This document shows, piece by piece, positions 59,768 to 64,000 of a stretch of DNA of 64,000 nt. The stretch's first letter is position 1. Every line of letters begins with the position of its first letter. The translations under genes and the position numbers were made by a program. Source of the stretch: an uncultured Actinomycetes bacterium (GTDB lineage Bacteria > Actinomycetota > Thermoleophilia > Gaiellales > Gaiellaceae); contig CAVUTE010000004.1 of NCBI GenBank assembly GCA_963744355.1, forward strand, positions 641,565 to 705,564. The letters run 5' to 3'. The notes beneath the pieces are model-generated. The model ran no database searches. It saw only the letters and a program-made list of their open reading frames with translations, and was not told where the DNA came from.

Positions 59768-60361
59768 GTGCCGCTCGCGCTCGTCTCCGACATTCACGGG
59801 AACGACCGCGCGTTTGCCGCAGTCGTCGCCGAGCTCGAGCGGCTCGGCATCGACGACGCCGTCTGCCTCGGCGACGTGGTACAGGGCGGGGACGAGCCGC
59901 GGCAGGTGCTCACACGTCTCGAACAGCGCGGCTGGCCGGTGGTCCTCGGCAACGCCGACGACTTCCTCCTCCAGGTGCCGGTCGATTCGCCGGAACCTGT
60001 CACCGAGGCACAGCTCGCCAAGCGGGAGTGGACGCTCGCGCAGCTCGAGCCGCGCCACCTGGAACAGATCCGGTCGTTCACCTCTACCGTCGAGATCGGC
60101 ACGCTGCTCGCATTTCACGGCTCGCCGCGCTCGTACAACGACGTTCTGCTGCCCGAGTCGGACGAGGTCGCGCCGTGGAGCGGGACCGGCGCCGCCGTCC
60201 TCGCCGGCGGCCACACGCACCTGCAGTGGACGCGGACGATCGACGGCGCGTTGTACGTCAATCCCGGTTCGATCGGCCTCTCGGACGACGGCCTTGCGCA
60301 GTTCGCGATCCTCACCGGCGTATCAGTCGCCTTCGAACGGGTGCCGTGGAACGCGTCCTGA
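59768..60361 (+). CDS. metallophosphoesterase (YfcE-like)
   Basis: ORF trimmed to GTG 59768. VSDIHGN, LGDVVQGG, GNAD, GGHTH. Confidence 0.8.
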   Translation: MPLALVSDIHGNDRAFAAVVAELERLGIDDAVCLGDVVQGGDEPRQVLTRLEQRGWPVVLGNADDFLLQVPVDSPEPVTEAQLAKREWTLAQLEPRHLEQIRSFTSTVEIGTLLAFHGSPRSYNDVLLPESDEVAPWSGTGAAVLAGGHTHLQWTRTIDGALYVNPGSIGLSDDGLAQFAILTGVSVAFERVPWNAS

Positions 60362-61368
60362 CGCAGCGCGAGCTCAACCGCGCCACGCTCGCGCGGCAGA
60401 TGTTGCTCGAGCGCAAGCGCGTCTCGGTGGTCGCGGCGGTGGAGCGGCTGGCCGGCATGCAGTCGCAATGGGCGCCGGCGCCTTACGTCGGCCTCTGGAC
60501 GCGCGTCGCGGGTTTCCGTCGCGACCAACTCGAACGCGCGATGCTCGCGCGCCGCATCGTCCGGGCAGTGCTGATGCGCGGCACGATCCATCTGGTCTCG
60601 CTCGCCGACTACGGCATCTTCGGGACCGCGGTACGACTGCCGCCGTGGATGAAGCCGGATGTAGCTGCTCTAGGCGACCGCCTGCACGACGCGGTCCGCG
60701 CGTTCGGCAGCGAGCCGCGGACGAGAGCCGAGATCGCCGAGTTCCTCGACCGCGAGCACGGCGTCGATGTCAAGAACGGGGATGCGGTCTGGTACGCGCT
60801 GCGGACGAACGCACGGTTGACGCACGCTCCGGAGTCAGGCCTCTGGGAGGCGCGCGGGAAGACGCGCTACATGACGATCGAGTCGGAAACGGTGGACGAG
60901 AGCGCAGCCCGTGTCGAGCTCATCCGCAGGTATCTCGCCGCGTTCGGGCCTGCAACGCGCGCCGACGCGGCGGAGTGGTCGGGCCTTCGTGTCGCCGAGG
61001 TGCAGCCGGCGCTCGACGCGCTCGAACCGCTGCGACGCTTCGCCGACGAGAACGGCCGCGAGCTCTTCGACCTGCTGCGCGCGCCGCGCCCGCCCGCGGA
61101 TTCGCCTGCGCCCGTTCGGCTGCTGCCGCGCTTCGACAATCTCGTCCTCTCGCACAAGGACCGCACGCGCGTCCTCCCGTACGAGTACCGCAGTGAGATC
61201 ATCGAGGGCGGCTGGGTCAAGTCCTCGTTCCTCGTCGACGGACTGGTGGCCGGCGTGTGGGAGGTCGAGCAGGGGCGCGTCCGTGTCGAGCCGTTCGCTC
61301 CTCTTCCCCGCACGGTACGCCGTGAGGTCGAGGACGAGGCTGCGCGCCTCGAAGCGTGGCTGCGCTGA
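60346..61368 (+). CDS. winged-helix DNA glycosylase-like protein, AlkZ/YcaQ (DUF1006) family
   Basis: ORF trimmed to GTG 60346. LARQMLLER, LAGMQSQWAPAPY (Q-x-Q motif), MRGTIHLV. Confidence 0.75.
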   Translation: MERVLTQRELNRATLARQMLLERKRVSVVAAVERLAGMQSQWAPAPYVGLWTRVAGFRRDQLERAMLARRIVRAVLMRGTIHLVSLADYGIFGTAVRLPPWMKPDVAALGDRLHDAVRAFGSEPRTRAEIAEFLDREHGVDVKNGDAVWYALRTNARLTHAPESGLWEARGKTRYMTIESETVDESAARVELIRRYLAAFGPATRADAAEWSGLRVAEVQPALDALEPLRRFADENGRELFDLLRAPRPPADSPAPVRLLPRFDNLVLSHKDRTRVLPYEYRSEIIEGGWVKSSFLVDGLVAGVWEVEQGRVRVEPFAPLPRTVRREVEDEAARLEAWLR

Positions 61369-62228
61369 TGGAGATCGGCGCGCACGTCTCCTCCTCCGGC
61401 GGCATCCACACCGCCGTCGACCGCGCGGTCGGGATCGGGGCCGACTCCCTCCAACTCTTCACGCAAAGCCCGCGAATGTGGCGGCCGACGAACCACGATC
61501 CGGCGACCTTCGAGCGTTTCCGCGAACGGCGCGCCGAGACCGGCATGGGCGGCGTCCTCTGCCACGCGCTGTACCTCTGCAACCTCGCGGCGCCGAACGA
61601 CGACGTGTACGAGAAGTCGGTCGCCGCATTGAGCAACACGATGGAGGTCGCCGGCGCCATCGGCGCCGACGCGGTCGTGTTCCACGTCGGCTCGCACCTC
61701 GGCTCCGGCTTCGAGCACGGGCTGGAGCGCGTCGTGCCGGCGATGGAGCAGGTGCTCACGCTGACAACCGATCGAACCTGGCTGTTGATGGAGAACTGCG
61801 CCGGCACCGGCGGGACGATCGGCCGCTCCATCGACGAGCTGGCCACGATCTTCCAGCGCCTCGACCGCCACCCCCGCCTCGGAATCTGCCTCGACTCGTG
61901 CCACCTGTACGCCTCCGGCGTCGATGTCGCCGACCCCGCGGCCCTCGACGCGTGCCTCGACGAGGTGGACGCCTCGATCGGGCTCGACCGCCTGCGTGCG
62001 CTGCACGTCAACGACTCCGCCACCGCACTCGGCTCGAACCGCGACCGCCACGCGAACATGGGCGAGGGCCTCCTCGGCGAGCGGCTCGGCGTCTTCCTCG
62101 GCAATCCGCGACTGCAGACGTTGCCGGCCGTGCTCGAGACCGCCGGGCCGGACGGCCACGGGCCTGACGCCGCCGAAGTCCAAAAGGCCAAGGAGATACG
62201 CGCACGCGCGACCAGCGCAGGCGGCTAG
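61368..62228 (+). CDS. nfo: deoxyribonuclease IV (endonuclease IV)
   Basis: MEIGAHVS, LQLFTQSPRMW, VFHVGSH, MENCAG, LDSCHLYASG, LHVNDS. ATG 61368 overlaps the preceding TGA (TGATG). Confidence 0.9.
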   Translation: MEIGAHVSSSGGIHTAVDRAVGIGADSLQLFTQSPRMWRPTNHDPATFERFRERRAETGMGGVLCHALYLCNLAAPNDDVYEKSVAALSNTMEVAGAIGADAVVFHVGSHLGSGFEHGLERVVPAMEQVLTLTTDRTWLLMENCAGTGGTIGRSIDELATIFQRLDRHPRLGICLDSCHLYASGVDVADPAALDACLDEVDASIGLDRLRALHVNDSATALGSNRDRHANMGEGLLGERLGVFLGNPRLQTLPAVLETAGPDGHGPDAAEVQKAKEIRARATSAGG

Positions 62229-62284
62229 ACGGCGTGGGAGTCCGGCAGAGCAGACGCGCGCGCGGACAAGCCGCGCGCGCTGAA

Positions 62285-62308
62285 GTAGGCGTCGCAAGCG
62301 ACGCCTAC
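62285..62308 (+). terminator. perfect 10-bp / 4-nt-loop hairpin downstream of nfo (possible terminator or regulatory stem, no U-tract)
   Basis: gtaggcgtcg-caag-cgacgcctac, read directly. Lies 57 nt after the nfo stop and 7 nt before the preferred MFS start. Confidence 0.4.
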
Positions 62309-62314
62309 CGCTGG

Positions 62315-63493
62315 GTGATCCTCGGAGCAGGCACCCTCGCGCAGGCGAGCTTCTCGACCGCATCGGTCGGGCTGCCTGCGCTCGCCCCTGAGATCCGCTC
62401 GCACTACGGCCTCTCGCTGAGCGAGACCGGCGTCGTGCTCGCGGCGATCGGCATCGGGATGCTGTGCACCCTCCTCGCGTGGGGCCTGCTCGCAGACCGG
62501 TTCGACGAGCGCCTCGTGATCGCCGCCGGCCTCGTCGGCGCCGGCGTCGCGCTCGGAGCAGCCGGCGAGACCGGCTCGTTCGGCTCGCTCGTCGGTGCGC
62601 TGATCGCCGCGGGCGCGCTCGGCGCGAGCGTGAACGCGGCCAGCGGCCGCGCGATCATGAGCTGGTTCCCGCCGGGCGAGCTCGGCCTCGCGCTCGGGAT
62701 CCGGCAGACGGCGATCCCGATCGGCGGCGCGCTCGGTGCGGCCCTCCTCCCCGTGCTCGGCGGGACGCGGCCCGCGTTCCTCTTCCTCGGCGGCTCGTGT
62801 GTCGCGGGCGCGATCGTCGCCGCTGCATTCATGCGAGGCACGCCCACACGTGAGCCCGAGCTCGAGCTCGCGGAGATCCGCAGGCCGATGCGTGACCCGC
62901 GCATGTGGCTCCTCGGCGGCGGAACGGCGCTCTACCTGACGGCGCAGATCGGGATCACCGGCTTCGTCGTGCTCTTCCTGCACGAACACAGACACGTGTC
63001 CACGCACGCCGCCGCCGGATTGCTGGCCGGGATCAACGTCCTCGCCATCGGTGCGCGCATCGGCGCAGGACGAATCTCCGACCGCCTGCGCACGCGCATG
63101 CGACCTCTGCGTGCCATCGGGATCTCGCTTGCAATCGCGACGGCGGCGGTAGCGACGCTGACGGATGCACCGCTCGCCGCGCTCATCCCGGCGTTCGCGA
63201 TCGCCGGCGTTCTCAGCATGGCCTGGAACGGGCTCGCGTTCGCGGCGGCGGCGGAGACCGCAGGCGCAGCGCGCACAGGCGCAGCCCTCGGCTTCCAGCA
63301 GACGCTGCTCGGTGTCGTCGTCGCCGGCGCGCCGCCCGCGTTCGCCGTCGTGGCCGCGTCCTCGTGGCGGCTCGCGTTCGCGCTCGCCGCGCTCGGGCCT
63401 CTGCTCGGCGTCCTCCTGCTGCAGTTGGTGCCGGAGGCTAGGACAGCCGCGCGAAGACGCGAAACGTCGGCGATCCCGCCGGCAATTCCTTGA
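62315..63493 (+). CDS. MFS transporter
   Basis: ORF 62234..63493 trimmed to GTG 62315, past the hairpin. About 12 TM helices with GRISDRL-type loop motifs. Confidence 0.8.
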   Translation: MILGAGTLAQASFSTASVGLPALAPEIRSHYGLSLSETGVVLAAIGIGMLCTLLAWGLLADRFDERLVIAAGLVGAGVALGAAGETGSFGSLVGALIAAGALGASVNAASGRAIMSWFPPGELGLALGIRQTAIPIGGALGAALLPVLGGTRPAFLFLGGSCVAGAIVAAAFMRGTPTREPELELAEIRRPMRDPRMWLLGGGTALYLTAQIGITGFVVLFLHEHRHVSTHAAAGLLAGINVLAIGARIGAGRISDRLRTRMRPLRAIGISLAIATAAVATLTDAPLAALIPAFAIAGVLSMAWNGLAFAAAAETAGAARTGAALGFQQTLLGVVVAGAPPAFAVVAASSWRLAFALAALGPLLGVLLLQLVPEARTAARRRETSAIPPAIP

Positions 63494-63827
63494 ACTCCGG
63501 GTTGATGCAGCCGAGCTCGCCCGTGCGCTGCTCGTAGCACGGCTCGATCTCGGCGTGGCACATCGGCAGCGGGTTGCGCATCGCCTTCACAGCGCCGAAG
63601 CCTGCGCGCCGCGCCTCGGCGGCCCGCAGCATCTGCACGTCGATCTCGACCTCGAACACCCGCTGCATGCAGCCCATGAACGTGTGCCCATGCTCCTCGT
63701 ACGCGTATACGAACGGGCACGAGCGCTCGATACAGGCTGACGGGTAGACGACCTTGTCGCAGTGGACGCCGCACGCGCGGCACTCCACGTCGTCCTGGGG
63801 CCTGAGCGTCAGCGTGAGCTCGCTCAT
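63438..63827 (-). CDS. hypothetical Cys-rich protein (9 Cys in 129 aa)
   Basis: ATG 63827 (MSELTLTL). ECRACGVHCDKVVYPSACIERSCPF resembles an Fe-S/Zn-binding spacing. The 3-prime end overlaps the MFS gene by 56 nt. Confidence 0.5.
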   Translation of the reverse strand: MSELTLTLRPQDDVECRACGVHCDKVVYPSACIERSCPFVYAYEEHGHTFMGCMQRVFEVEIDVQMLRAAEARRAGFGAVKAMRNPLPMCHAEIEPCYEQRTGELGCINPEFKELPAGSPTFRVFARLS

Positions 63828-63913
63828 CTGCCCTGCATTGTGTGCGCCGGATTTCGGATCCCGCAAGTCTTGACAGATCGCGTGTTTTGCGCTTACGCAA
63901 ACGGAGTCGCGAC

Positions 63914-64000
63914 TTACCCCAGGCGCCGCACCGCCGTCAGGACGTCCATTTGCGTGAATGCGCGGTACTCGGCCTCCGGTGCTTCGGCGTCGTCGTCAGC
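63914..64000 (-). CDS. C-terminal fragment of an unidentified gene running off the window
   Basis: Minus frame reads ...ADDDAEAPEAEYRAFTQMDVLTAVRRLG-TAA (stop at 63914-63916). Too short to assign. Confidence 0.3.
   Translation of the reverse strand, partial: ADDDAEAPEAEYRAFTQMDVLTAVRRLG

Overview
Very GC-rich bacterial chromosome segment. Hand counts of single 60-nt lines give 78% G+C at 30001, against 53% at 53101 and 57% at 55441. Gene content and order look like a high-GC Gram-positive (Actinomycetota-like) genome, but the taxon cannot be fixed without a database search. All family calls come from motif recognition by eye; no BLAST or HMM search was run. I call about 80 protein genes and 2 tRNAs, and I recognise no rRNA, CRISPR array, transposase or integrase. 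Layout: (1) 1-16.5 kb, minus strand: housekeeping run in the Bacillus-type order nadK-tlyA ... ispA-xseB-nusB-asp23-accC-[accB slot]-efp-pepP-aroQ-aroKB-aroC-aroE-mltG-ruvX-alaS; folD and xseA are absent from the nusB/xseB junction. (2) 16.5-22.3 kb: a PBP5-type carboxypeptidase, a SigB/F-type sigma module, a frameshifted mnmA, an RlpA-like gene with an in-frame stop, and two envelope/coiled-coil proteins. (3) 22.3-26.3 kb: aspS-hisS-MBL hydrolase. (4) 26.3-40.9 kb: the histidine biosynthesis operon (yerC-like, hisG, D, C-B fusion, H, F, IE, with hisA divergent) sits inside the histidine utilisation genes (hutH, hutU, hutI, formiminotransferase). An unrelated 5-gene redox module (ApbE, di-haem membrane protein, NuoF-like, ferredoxin, lipoprotein) lies between hutU and hutI. 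(5) 41-48.3 kb: DUF4395, UDG-superfamily protein, methyltransferase, ABC exporter pair, membrane protein, HD protein. (6) 48.4-52.9 kb: tRNA-Gln, a DUF4129/MoxR/DUF58 operon, tRNA-Glu. (7) 52.9-56.4 kb: a lower-GC island next to tRNA-Glu with a NERD-domain protein and small orphan genes. (8) 56.4-64 kb: M3 peptidase, orphan response regulator, gltX, an AlkZ/YcaQ-like plus Nfo repair operon, MFS transporter, Cys-rich protein. Most notable observations: the redox module inside the hut operon; an AccB-slot protein whose carboxyltransferase-like domain has lost all four metal/catalytic positions; the hisC-hisB fusion; a thrice-repeated GAATAGAnTCC element abutting start codons, part of a window-wide candidate leaderless-promoter signature; and extreme compaction (20 four-base stop/start overlaps, divergent starts 17-49 bp apart, overlapping convergent ends). 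Many long ORFs in the six-frame track are GC-driven shadow ORFs, so several real genes were trimmed to internal GTG/ATG starts.
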